Source: a virus (lineage: Duplodnaviria > Caudoviricetes). Taken from it: a stretch of 64,000 nucleotides of DNA. The stretch is taken from the IMG/VR virus record IMGVR_UViG_3300044475_000035, positions 1 to 64,000 of that record, one strand, 5' to 3'. Shown one piece after another: positions 21,701 to 29,390 of this stretch (positions are counted from its first letter, which is position 1; every line of letters begins with the position of its first letter). The position numbers and the translations under genes were made by a program. The notes beneath the pieces were generated by a model. It did not search any database and was not told the DNA's origin. It worked only from the letters and a program-made list of their open reading frames with translations.

Positions 21701-22305
21701 AATTCCATTTGTTGTTGATAATATTTCTGTGCAGATGCAAACTTCTGTTGTCTTGCTTTTTCTTCGTCATCAATAACCTTTTGTTGAGCTACTTTCCTAG
21801 CAGCAACTTCTCTACTGAGAAGTTCCATGTTCTTTTGATATTGGTTTTGCTCTCCTGCAAACCTCTTCTGTCTAGCTTTTTCAGCGTCATCGAGAGCTTT
21901 TTGCTGTTGTTCAATTTGCTCTCTTGCTAACTTAGTAGTATCTTTCTGTGCTTGCACAAGACTTTTATTAGAAGCTAAAGAAGACATTAACGCATTAACT
22001 TGTGCTGTTGTACCTCCCAACTGTCTAAAACTAGCAATAGCAGAAGCTGTAGTCTTATCTAAACCTTTACCTAAATACTCACCAATAATTCTTTGACGTT
22101 CAAGAGCTTTAGTTGTTTTATCAACTTCTTCTCCTGTCTTTTTAACAGAGTCTTTTGTCTTCTTTTGACTTGATTCAAAATCAGAAGCAGCTTTCTTACC
22201 CTTAGTACCAATACTGTCCACTCTTGTAAGTAGCGCATCAACTTGTGTATTAGCATCTTTAAGACCATCAGCTTTTACTAGAAAACCAATCTTAACTAAA
22301 TCCAT
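15796..22305 (-). CDS. tape measure protein
   Basis: 2169 aa, Ala/Gln-rich; tape_meas domain QFAQAMASGKLAGDEFRSISE; follows the chaperone genes. Confidence 0.95.
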   Translation of the reverse strand: MDLVKIGFLVKADGLKDANTQVDALLTRVDSIGTKGKKAASDFESSQKKTKDSVKKTGEEVDKTTKALERQRIIGEYLGKGLDKTTASAIASFRQLGGTTAQVNALMSSLASNKSLVQAQKDTTKLAREQIEQQQKALDDAEKARQKRFAGEQNQYQKNMELLSREVAARKVAQQKVIDDEEKARQQKFASAQKYYQQQMELLNKQTLAQRTAAQKTIDDAEKARQKRMAAVQNEYQKNMELLARQTASQKAAAQKVIDDAEKARVKRFSAEQQHYQKNMELLARQTAAQRAAEEKAAQNAEKERQKQIAAAERARQAELRGQVTPSTGSGTFDQIKGIAAYALLSTAIYGAMTATFGLIAATIKMADEYTSTQQRLKLYIKDAQTLGEVNTFLAKSAIQNNVGLRENAALYAKLAPAMQRIGANTAATNQVVDAFGKSLRIGGATVMEATSATIQFAQAMASGKLAGDEFRSISEASPRFLKAIADGSGIAAQKLKEMSSAGALTTEVIARALVKEYHNLSLESESLGYTLEQGTNALKTGFMSLIGEFNEGAGITKYLGELMADMGVSMIDDAKSAKESGEAFKAWATGNAENIDNLVEAFKLLSTVIITRYIVAMVLARAESLKLAYQTSALAAAQTASMRSFVLGATAVTAFGRAAQTAFTFMGGWAGILLTIAGVAATYLVLRDNSAEATQKLVEQSKYVDITTEAYQRLNKEQQLNARSSIVNDLNDTNKKLDEQAAAVENVLKSYAMSRQFSGLGLDKGTKEIINGVTQGVLSYDTALRLLSENKNVPKNIVEDFKKEKDIYNETAKSAITFSDAAKIVGVNTEIAGNKAQNATPLIKGLSDQSSELGDNVEIAGSKLSKFTTDLKKVIQDSKDTYDLMQKFDLDEAYAKKLVDRVNEKFAGTQGAIDKAVEKIESAQKLINKLDATDPQRKSLQVIVDKAKETLELNKKLGETKKKYYAEVDAPLVKQAQEEAARVNALTQSRAEQKRKDKKDKKDELRDLEKFNKQLLEISTYQKMLEQVTDLDVARIASQKEYIDIYKDNLSVAEKIAEIQLSNKQAEARLEYSKSLKEQVSQLSNIAELTKAGADYETAKSLAAANFSNDAIGREAAEKAITNALLGQSYALSDQITEQETLNQYLREGMGIEEARFKVALSRIAKLSGGKNIFDEFGEQYEDSMKILRVKKATEASEIKINSLVRESNILTKAIAIGYTAANVAVAKLAGATTGLIFSQAEMQQKQQEENDLLNERIKNQLSLNSLLSGESETLRDVKNTYLFITDEEAKRIEANRKLVTLAEVYASKMEQQKTLPIGDFSNVNFDVFGDIGNPFKEALDGLNAFISGNTKLTESLSIVAEQIQSLKSQAFVEEMFGNTDAANALTKQIEGQVNLEKDLQKQKEETNDIAYGQGLKLAKAFFKEGSKGYKVVSALEMALQAKKIAFAIWEKKDDAMKLASKLAGYAKDMVAFIAGVTTKIGAQMGLNVVEAQGAVASAANAPPPVGFASAAAMIALLAGIGIAISGSAGSSSSFEPTNEGVGTVFGDSEAQSESIKNSIELLSDNSDLMLPLTSAMLTSLRNIESSIGGVTNLIVRGATGKGFNVSEGFTQNSIGSFLEKAGNTFFAGIGDFLGINKMLGGFLGGLFGKKTTVQGQGLFGGAQSLSAIMQNGFNLQEYVDVQTKKKTLGVTTSTKNSTQYSAASQELENQFGLIFTGFYDSIVSATGALSANTDEVKKQLQAAIINIGKIDLKGLNGEQIQERLEAVFGAAADSLAQQGFKGLDAFQKVGEGYYETLMRVASSVEQASYFTERLNVKAIKYTDILNKQGDVAAEIVRQSVLLVEGNKNIKGGFYDLVNTFSGTAEELTSFVLQLRDLQDQLLMTGKNADYLTSSMILGAGGLDKLSSGLDAYFEMLSPAEQAAELTRRLTKEFAIFGKELPADVKAFRNLVNGIDVSTEAGQKLYGQIIALAPEFNDLQDALESANSETNALVQSLRDLAEQARAARGETEQPRNLEYLRNEFQNASKLALQGDTEAAARVVSLGKDLMQISKLYSTTGADYAKDLAFIQGIATTVADLQAKGLGTTVTNTSLTPSTSTTTTPTIETTNSSMQTEMKAMREEFNAGILAVAKFVQKLDSRTERWDDGNRMMVGIITESDDTPVKVVT
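21400..21910 (-). repeat. about four 120-bp (40-aa) tandem repeats inside the TMP
   Basis: (QK)xxDDAEKARQKR...YQKNMELL.RQTA repeated; TTCCAT...TGATA recurs at 120-nt spacing (~21462, 21582, 21702, 21822). Confidence 0.9.
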
Positions 22306-22336
22306 AGTTCTTCCTCAATGTATGTATCTTTTGTTA

Positions 22337-22759
22337 TTATTTGGAAGGCTTATCTTTACTTTGTTTGTTATAATGTTTTAACCACATATTATCCCATAAC
22401 CTGATAAGCTCTAATTCATATGGTTCAGGGAAAGTATCTTCTAAAGTAAAGAAGGCTAACATTTCTTGGTAACTAATAGCAGAAAAACCCCCAAAACCCC
22501 CTGACTGTCTCGTTTGATTTAATCGTAAGAAATACGACCATGCAAAATGAGCAGCCATAGGAAGTATTGGAGGTTCACTTTCTGTTGCTTCTTGAATTAC
22601 TTTTGGTGTTGCACCACCCATAGCAGCAAGGAATGGATTCTCTTTAGCTGCTTCTAGGTGATCATTTACAGTTGACCCATCAGACGTTTGTTGATTGTAT
22701 TCAATCTGATATTGGCAATACTCAATACAGTCATCAAGAATATTGCTTAGATGAAATTT
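22337..22759 (-). CDS. tail assembly chaperone, -1 frameshift extension (lambda T-like)
   Basis: The -1 frame is open from slippery A-AAT-TTC (22759-22753) into MGGATP...; AWSYFLRLNQTRQSG.GGFSAISYQE motif. Confidence 0.8.
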   Translation of the reverse strand, partial: KFHLSNILDDCIEYCQYQIEYNQQTSDGSTVNDHLEAAKENPFLAAMGGATPKVIQEATESEPPILPMAAHFAWSYFLRLNQTRQSGGFGGFSAISYQEMLAFFTLEDTFPEPYELELIRLWDNMWLKHYNKQSKDKPSK

Positions 22760-23151
22760 GCAGCATCATCGCTCTGTTCTAATACTTGCGAACGAATCCA
22801 ATCATGTTCAAGCATTACCTTAGCTAGATTCTCTTGTGTAGGTTCAACAACCTTACCATCTTCTTCTAAACCTCGCCAAGTAACAATACGTGCTACTGCT
22901 GATTCTACAAGAGTTTGTTCAGCTTCATCTAGGTCAATAGGTTGTTCACCTTTACCTCTGCGTTTATTCTGAATCTCTTTCATTTGCATCTTATTAAATA
23001 AATCTTTACTGTACTTCTTCATTTTATGTGATAAGTTACCACGTACAGTAATGTAAAAATCTGTTGAACCACCATCAGGTAGTTTCACTTCAAACTCATA
23101 ACCTGTTTCAGCTTGTTCTGCAAGGTTAGTTTTTTTAATATCAAAAGCCAT
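22747..23151 (-). CDS. tail assembly chaperone (lambda G-like), start MAFDIKK
   Basis: Between tail tube and TMP; RBS GAGG before 23151; ends ...DDAANFI*. Confidence 0.85.
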   Translation of the reverse strand: MAFDIKKTNLAEQAETGYEFEVKLPDGGSTDFYITVRGNLSHKMKKYSKDLFNKMQMKEIQNKRRGKGEQPIDLDEAEQTLVESAVARIVTWRGLEEDGKVVEPTQENLAKVMLEHDWIRSQVLEQSDDAANFI

Positions 23152-23238
23152 GTTGTATTTCCTCAAATAAAATATAAAATTAAATAGTGAGGGGATTTTC
23201 ACCCCTCTAAGTAATCATTTGTTCTTTGTTAATTAAGA

Positions 23239-24438
23239 TTAAAGAGAACTATCTTGAACCATAATAGTAGTTGCTTCAAAACCATTAGTACCAAAACCTT
23301 TCAAAGCTTGGAATGAGTTTTGTGCTACAATACCTTTCTCACCATCATCTTTAGTGTTCGTAGAGAACTTGAGACGTGGAATAGTAAACGCCATAAAGTC
23401 AGCATTAGGTAAGTTGTTTGATGTTAATGCCATTACTAAACTAACTTCTGTTTCATCATTGAAGTAACCACCGAATGTGCCGTCTTGATACAATACAGAT
23501 AAGTCACCATCTACAATGATACGACCTTCATACAATTCAGGTTTGATATTGCTACCAACCACTGCTTCTGATGTAAGGTTACGGTTGATGTTAAAGTTAG
23601 CTGCTGTTACCAAAGCTACTGCTACACCATTTACAATCAAAGCACCATTTACAGCAGCAAAAATACCGTTAGTTGTAGGAGCTGTAGGAGAAGTGAAGTA
23701 CTGAGTAGCTCCTTGCTGTTTTAAGTCTTGCCCCATGAAACCTAATTCAATAGTAGTCAAACCAGTAGCAGGAAGTGCAACACCTACTGTATTTACTTTA
23801 TTCCCTGTAAACACTTCTGACTGAGCAATATCAGATTGCCAAGCTTCAAAAGAGTAAGAGTCATCAGTATGTCCTGTACTAGGAGCATATGTTGATTTAC
23901 CTGTAGCTGCGTATGTACCACCTGATGCTACTGTTTCAGCAATTAACGTACTACCGTTTAAAACAACTACTGTAGCTACTGTTGCAGTTAACGAGATAAT
24001 AAGTAAGTTCTTACCGTTGTTTGTAGCATTGAAACCAGTTAAGCGAATTACGTTACCTACACGAACACCATCTGTTAAATAACTTCCTGTAGTACGAGTA
24101 ATCGTATATGTAGCACCTACTGTTGCAATCGTTGTACTACCTAAAGCACTAGGGGTTGCTGCTGTCCAGTTACGTGCTAAAGCTGATGCTAAGAAATCTG
24201 AATAAGCTCCTGAACTCAATTCACCTGAAATACTACCTTCTACTGCACGAACACCATGTCGGAAGTCTTGCATTTGATAATCAGGGCGAATTTCTTCTGA
24301 TTGATAAGTTTCTTTTGTTAAGTTAAAGTTAGAACTAACTCTGCGGATTGTTTGCGCTCCTGTTGCTACAGGTAGAACACCGAATGTTACTTCTTTCTTG
24401 TATGATACTATTTTATTAATACCACTAGCTGTTGCCAT
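23239..24438 (-). CDS. major tail tube protein (siphovirus) with an inserted domain
   Basis: YKKEVTFG, QSEEIRPD, SISGELS motifs; no sheath gene in the module. Confidence 0.88.
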   Translation of the reverse strand: MATASGINKIVSYKKEVTFGVLPVATGAQTIRRVSSNFNLTKETYQSEEIRPDYQMQDFRHGVRAVEGSISGELSSGAYSDFLASALARNWTAATPSALGSTTIATVGATYTITRTTGSYLTDGVRVGNVIRLTGFNATNNGKNLLIISLTATVATVVVLNGSTLIAETVASGGTYAATGKSTYAPSTGHTDDSYSFEAWQSDIAQSEVFTGNKVNTVGVALPATGLTTIELGFMGQDLKQQGATQYFTSPTAPTTNGIFAAVNGALIVNGVAVALVTAANFNINRNLTSEAVVGSNIKPELYEGRIIVDGDLSVLYQDGTFGGYFNDETEVSLVMALTSNNLPNADFMAFTIPRLKFSTNTKDDGEKGIVAQNSFQALKGFGTNGFEATTIMVQDSSL

Positions 24439-24485
24439 TATTTACTCCAATACTTTGTGTAATTAAATTATCTTAAATCGAGCTA

Positions 24486-24896
24486 TTAGAGTTGTTCACA
24501 ATAGTATCTAATTCTGATTGTAATCTCTGCTCTGTTATCATTTATGTAGACAGGAGATATTTCGGGTGTCCTATCTATTATTACTTTATCCGAACCCTCG
24601 ACTAGCGTAGTACCTCTTTTAAAATAATCTTTCACCTTATCAGCCATTACAGCTAAGTTACCTACACCTTCACCTTTTGGATAAGATAAGACAACCTGAT
24701 AAAAACCAACTTCTCTATTATAGTTATCACCAAACGTAGGGTTTTCAATTGGTAAAGGTACAAGTCTTGACATTTGATAAGGTTCAGAAACAATTGGTTT
24801 GAACGTTGTATTTTCAAATGCTGTCTTTGTTGCACCTAAACCTAAAGGCATTACAACTAAATACTTTTCAAAAGATTTTCGAATATTACTTTGCAT
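24486..24896 (-). CDS. tail terminator (DUF4128-like)
   Basis: AFENTTF.P, GFYQV...YPKG.G, FKRGT motifs; synteny. Confidence 0.8.
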   Translation of the reverse strand: MQSNIRKSFEKYLVVMPLGLGATKTAFENTTFKPIVSEPYQMSRLVPLPIENPTFGDNYNREVGFYQVVLSYPKGEGVGNLAVMADKVKDYFKRGTTLVEGSDKVIIDRTPEISPVYINDNRAEITIRIRYYCEQL

Positions 24897-24906
24897 ATTT
24901 AGTCCT

Positions 24907-25380
24907 TTATATTTTACTAATCTTCTCAGCTATGATGTGCATTATTGTTTTAGCTGTACCTATGTTACTACTTACTACGTGATAACCTTCTTTAGGTTTC
25001 CAACCATATTCAGGGTTAGCATCCCAACCATTCTCGACCATGTTTGCATAATCTTTACTGTTAGTAATGTAGTTAAGTTCTTCTAGGTTATATGTCTTAC
25101 CTTTAACAATTGCATCAGCTATTGCTGCTGTACCTGCTGTATCGGCTGCTCTAGTAGTTAAGTTAATGTTACCTACACCAACAGCCCAAGAGTTCTTAAA
25201 ATCACCTACATCGTTCTGTATATTACCTTGCTTAGAATGATAGTATTCTGCACCTAACGGAGAGTCATCAACTAATACCGTAGTAATCTTCTCTAAAGAT
25301 TCACCTACAAGCATTTTACTTTTCATTGCAATCTTAGCTTTAAGTGCAGCAATACCTTGAGAACCTTCGTATATAGCCAT
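24907..25380 (-). CDS. neck / tail-completion protein (HK97 gp10-like)
   Basis: SP...G.FKNSW.V, YITN..DYA..VENG motifs. Confidence 0.75.
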   Translation of the reverse strand: MAIYEGSQGIAALKAKIAMKSKMLVGESLEKITTVLVDDSPLGAEYYHSKQGNIQNDVGDFKNSWAVGVGNINLTTRAADTAGTAAIADAIVKGKTYNLEELNYITNSKDYANMVENGWDANPEYGWKPKEGYHVVSSNIGTAKTIMHIIAEKISKI

Positions 25381-25389
25381 GAGTATTCC

Positions 25390-25767
25390 TTATGTACTTG
25401 CACAAAGAACACGGTACATACATATAGAACCTAATCCTTCATATTCAGTCCAACTCAATACTTCTAAGACATCTTCTACACCTGAATAAATATCTCTAAT
25501 CTTGTCGCCAACTTGAGGTTTTACAGTAAGGTCTTGAGGGGATATTAAGAAAGCAGATAAGTTTCTTTCAACTAAGTTAGGACTCTTTGCTTCTTTATAT
25601 GTAGGTTTTGTTTTAAACATCTTAATAGTAAATAACTGCGTTACGAATGTAGTTGTCTGTGTCTCCATGTCGTATTCAGATTGACCTGTTTGACTGTCAT
25701 AAACTCGTATCATACCGTGTCTACCTACTAAACCCTGTGCGCTTGATTTAAAGCGATTACTTCGCAT
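25390..25767 (-). CDS. head closure / stopper protein
   Basis: Synteny; YD.ET, P.VGDKI motifs; probable start MRSNRF at 25767. Confidence 0.65.
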   Translation of the reverse strand: MRSNRFKSSAQGLVGRHGMIRVYDSQTGQSEYDMETQTTTFVTQLFTIKMFKTKPTYKEAKSPNLVERNLSAFLISPQDLTVKPQVGDKIRDIYSGVEDVLEVLSWTEYEGLGSICMYRVLCAST

Positions 25768-25796
25768 ATCGTGCATACTGATCACCAAATCACTTA

Positions 25797-26252
25797 TTAC
25801 CAAATACTAAAAGGGTCTTTCTTAAATACATCTTGTGAAGTATTCCAAGAACAAGGTACACCAATATCTGTAGGTATTCCTATATTTACATCTACAACCT
25901 GATTATCAAAGTTATCTATATTTTGTCTAATATCTTTTCTACTAACTCCACCTGCATACGGTGTAGCGTTATTAATAGCTGTACTGTAACTAGGGTCATT
26001 TAAATATAATTGTAATGACTTATAATAGTTATTAAACCAGTCATGTCCCCATATTTCTAAGACATCTGCTTTCTCATGTACTCTTTGAGAGAGAATGAAT
26101 AAAACAGTCTTTGCACAATCTCTTGCTGTTTTAGATGTGTTGTCGTTATTCTTTGTTAAGTAGTATGTAATTTCATCATCAGTAAGTAGGTCATATGCTT
26201 CACCAACTAAACCAATTTCTAAACGAACTATTTCAATATTAGTTAGTGCCAT
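25797..26252 (-). CDS. head-tail adaptor
   Basis: VRLEIG...LLTDDEI.Y.L, PYAGGVS motifs; follows the capsid gene. Confidence 0.75.
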   Translation of the reverse strand: MALTNIEIVRLEIGLVGEAYDLLTDDEITYYLTKNNDNTSKTARDCAKTVLFILSQRVHEKADVLEIWGHDWFNNYYKSLQLYLNDPSYSTAINNATPYAGGVSRKDIRQNIDNFDNQVVDVNIGIPTDIGVPCSWNTSQDVFKKDPFSIW

Positions 26253-26339
26253 ATTATTTCCTTTGTACTAAATTCTAATATTAATGCAACCTCAAATAAG
26301 AAGTTGCATGGTATTAAAACTTATTAAATCTTTCTGCTA

Positions 26340-27368
26340 TTAAACAGTGTTACCTTTAACTGCACGAACTACTGCTTGTGGTCTACGAAGTAAATGAACA
26401 TGAGAGAACTCTAATTCCATTTCTTCTTTTTCACCTTTGAAATCAGGATAAACCCAAAGGTATTGATTCTCACCAAGAGTATTAGCAAGGTTCAACTTAG
26501 AGCTTGGAGCTACATAAGAGATGAAAGTATCTTCTGTACCTGTTGGAACGAAGTAAGCATCGTTAGCAGGGATGAAACGTTGACCATTTACACCATCACG
26601 GATTTCACGGAACAAACAACCTGCGTAAACGAATTCACGATAAAGAGTTGTATTACCACCTAAACGATTACGCAAAGGTTCTTGCGTAGAGCTATAGAAT
26701 TTATAAGCTTCTTTAACACCTGCTTGAGCGATTAACGCAGAGAAGAACTCAGGAGAACATAAAGCTACAACACCTGTATAAGTATCACCTGATAGTGAAT
26801 TATCTTGGATATGAGCAATAATTTCTTCTACTTTAGCAATAACATCAGTAGTAGCGTTAGTTAAGTCAAAAGCTACTTCTTTACGAGTTACACCAAAATC
26901 AGCATAGAAAGAGTTGTGAGCTACTGTACCGTTAGGAGACCAAATCTTACCTTGTGTTAAGGCATAGAACTTAGCGTATTCTTCTGTCATTAAAGCACTA
27001 CGCTTCATACGAATCATCTTACGTTCTAATACAGCAGCTTTTGTATCAGCTTGATCTGCGCTACCATAAGCACGCTGACCTTGTACATCAGCTTGTGTTA
27101 AGTAATCAATTACTTTATGATAAGGTACTTGATAAGTGTGAATCTTACGAGATTCATCTTTGTTTGCTAAAACACTACCACCACGAGTAACGTCACCAAT
27201 TAAACCTAATGTACCAAAGGTTTGTTCAAACGCTACAGTTGTTTGTGAGATTGCTTCTTGACGGAAGATGCCTAAATCCGATAATGGTGTACGGATGTTT
27301 GGAACCATTTGGAGTTCTTCTGTCCAATCCTGTACTGCAAAGTTATTTGCAAAACTACGAGTAATCAT
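26340..27368 (-). CDS. major capsid protein (lambda E-like)
   Basis: 342 aa; DWTEEL..VPN, FYADFGVT, ALCSPEFF..LI.., RPQAVV. Confidence 0.92.
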   Translation of the reverse strand: MITRSFANNFAVQDWTEELQMVPNIRTPLSDLGIFRQEAISQTTVAFEQTFGTLGLIGDVTRGGSVLANKDESRKIHTYQVPYHKVIDYLTQADVQGQRAYGSADQADTKAAVLERKMIRMKRSALMTEEYAKFYALTQGKIWSPNGTVAHNSFYADFGVTRKEVAFDLTNATTDVIAKVEEIIAHIQDNSLSGDTYTGVVALCSPEFFSALIAQAGVKEAYKFYSSTQEPLRNRLGGNTTLYREFVYAGCLFREIRDGVNGQRFIPANDAYFVPTGTEDTFISYVAPSSKLNLANTLGENQYLWVYPDFKGEKEEMELEFSHVHLLRRPQAVVRAVKGNTV

Positions 27369-27409
27369 TGTTATTTTATTCCTTCTTAATTTATATTATT
27401 CTTAACTGA

Positions 27410-27757
27410 TTAGAATGCAGTAAGGACTTTAATATCTTTTGTTAAAAGCTGAGTAGTTACGTTAGGTAGAGTTAAAGCGCCTAAGTTAATGCCATAAGCA
27501 CTTACACCTGCTGCACCACGAGCTAGAACAACTACGTTTGTATTAGTTGTAGCAGGAGCAGAGACGTTTTCTAATACGATACCTGCAATGTTAGCAGCAG
27601 CAGCAGGAACACCACCTGTAGCATCAACTAGATCACCAATGGCGAAGCTTTTAGCAGCACCGTTATAAACGATTACATCACGGCAATGACGTACTTCGGG
27701 AAAGAGTTCGTATTTAAGTAAGTTACTTAGACGTTGTGTATCAGTTGCAATAAGCAT
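27410..27757 (-). CDS. head decoration protein
   Basis: 115 aa between scaffold and capsid; VVLARG.A motif. Confidence 0.8.
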   Translation of the reverse strand: MLIATDTQRLSNLLKYELFPEVRHCRDVIVYNGAAKSFAIGDLVDATGGVPAAAANIAGIVLENVSAPATTNTNVVVLARGAAGVSAYGINLGALTLPNVTTQLLTKDIKVLTAF

Positions 27758-27778
27758 TAATATTCTCCAATGTTCTTA

Positions 27779-28840
27779 TTATTGTTGAGTTTGTTTAGTT
27801 AAACGAGCTAAAAGGGCATTAGCAACAGGGTCAGCAGACTTAGTAACTTTAGCGTTTGTTTCAGGTGAACCTTGTTCTTTGAATAAATCAGCTTGATCTA
27901 ATTTAGCTACTAATGATTTAACAACATCAACTACGTCAGTAAATGCAGCTTCATCTAAATCTTTAATTGCTTTGAATAACTTAGCAGATGCTTCATCTTC
28001 TTGAACAGCAGCTTTAAGAGTAGTTTCACGAGCTTTTTCAATACTAGCTTTTTCTTTAGCTTTGAATAATTCAATTTCTTCTTTAGCTTTTTGAATATCA
28101 GCTAAAGCTTTCTGTAACTCTACTTGCTGAGCATCGTATTGAGCTTTTTCAATAGTTTCCATTTTGTTTCCTTTTGTGTCGGCTGTAATAGCCTGTTTGT
28201 TATTAGGCTTACCGCCACTTTTTGATTTTGTTAAATCTGTATCTTGTTTTGGTTGTTCTTTGTTTTGTTCTTTTACATCTTCTTTCTTAGTAAAAGATTT
28301 CTCAATAAACTCTTGGTCTTTTAAAAGATTTAAATATTGTTCTTCTGTTAGAGAAGCAATGAAATCTGCTGTACCTTTAGCTAGAGTAGCTGATTTAAGG
28401 ATTTCAATCCCTTTCAGTTGTTCTTGTAACCACTCTTGTTTATCTGCATCTGTAGCACGAGTAATAGGGTCTCCCCAATAATCCAAGTTGCCTGCTTCTG
28501 CTGCTTTCTCTCTGTACCAACACCAAAAGCTTTCTCGTTCATATTCATCTTCTGTCTCTTCGCTTGGTGTATAACCAAATAAGTTTGCTAAGATTTCAGC
28601 ATCATCACCCCAAACATGAAAGAACTTCTCTAAGAAGTCAGGGAGAGATAATGTAACTTTTACTTGAGATGCTTTCTGAATAAATTCTTCTGAATATTTA
28701 TCTGTAGCTTTCATTACAAGAGTAGAGTAACCCGAAGCTGCACCGCCTTGTACTTTATGAACTAGGGCTAAGTGTGCCCCTTCTTTTTCAAAACTAATAT
28801 CTGTTAACTTTCGTTTTGCTTTGACTTTATCAGTCATCAC
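27779..28840 (-). CDS. capsid scaffolding protein
   Basis: KRKLTDISF..EGAHLALV N-terminus; charged coiled-coil C-terminus; synteny. Confidence 0.75.
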   Translation of the reverse strand: MMTDKVKAKRKLTDISFEKEGAHLALVHKVQGGAASGYSTLVMKATDKYSEEFIQKASQVKVTLSLPDFLEKFFHVWGDDAEILANLFGYTPSEETEDEYERESFWCWYREKAAEAGNLDYWGDPITRATDADKQEWLQEQLKGIEILKSATLAKGTADFIASLTEEQYLNLLKDQEFIEKSFTKKEDVKEQNKEQPKQDTDLTKSKSGGKPNNKQAITADTKGNKMETIEKAQYDAQQVELQKALADIQKAKEEIELFKAKEKASIEKARETTLKAAVQEDEASAKLFKAIKDLDEAAFTDVVDVVKSLVAKLDQADLFKEQGSPETNAKVTKSADPVANALLARLTKQTQQ

Positions 28841-29225
28841 TTCCTCCTAATTCTTCTACTGTAGCTGTAGCACCAATCGAAACTCCTGTGTAATCACCTG
28901 CCTTAACACCTTCCCAAATAGCATCATCGTTGAATTGTAGTACAGCTAACCAACTGCCTGCTTTGATAACAACATCATTCATTTGTAAATCAACAGGTGA
29001 AATATAGTTTTCTACTACAGAGAATGTATCTGTTTCAAAGAGGTGTAATAAGTTTGCTTTACGACAATGAATAAAGAAGTTATGACAAGCTTTACGAACT
29101 TCTGTGGCATCGTAAATATCACCATGTAGATCGACTTCATCAGGAGCTAGTACAAGGAATGTTGCTTGTTTTAATTCTTCGTTTGCTTGTTTAATAATAG
29201 GAATGTTTGTCTTCTTAGGACGCAT
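28830..29225 (-). CDS. XkdF-like prohead serine protease
   Basis: VLAPDEVDLHGD, ANLLH, GSW, W..VK.G.YTGVSIG. Confidence 0.85.
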   Translation of the reverse strand: MRPKKTNIPIIKQANEELKQATFLVLAPDEVDLHGDIYDATEVRKACHNFFIHCRKANLLHLFETDTFSVVENYISPVDLQMNDVVIKAGSWLAVLQFNDDAIWEGVKAGDYTGVSIGATATVEELGGSDD

Positions 29226-29293
29226 ATACTTACCCTTATTGTTGTTATGATGGGTAAGCTCATATTTAGGTAATCGTACAACCTTATAGCTGT

Positions 29294-29322
29294 ATTATAT
29301 ATTTAAGATTTTTATTTGTAAA
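29294..29322 (-). promoter_or_regulatory. sigma70-like promoter for the protease-scaffold-capsid genes
   Basis: Minus strand TTTACA-N17-TATAAT. Confidence 0.7.
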
Positions 29323-29390
29323 CACCTTAATCATATATTTTTATAATTATGAGCTTATATCATCAGTTTTATTTATGTTGATAGGGTAAG

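Noticed and set aside
16142-22268. Antisense and nested ORFs within the TMP and other long genes (e.g. 17393-17854, 8793-9218, 3045-3275)
   Set aside because: Shadow ORFs arising from codon bias; no RBS or recognisable motifs
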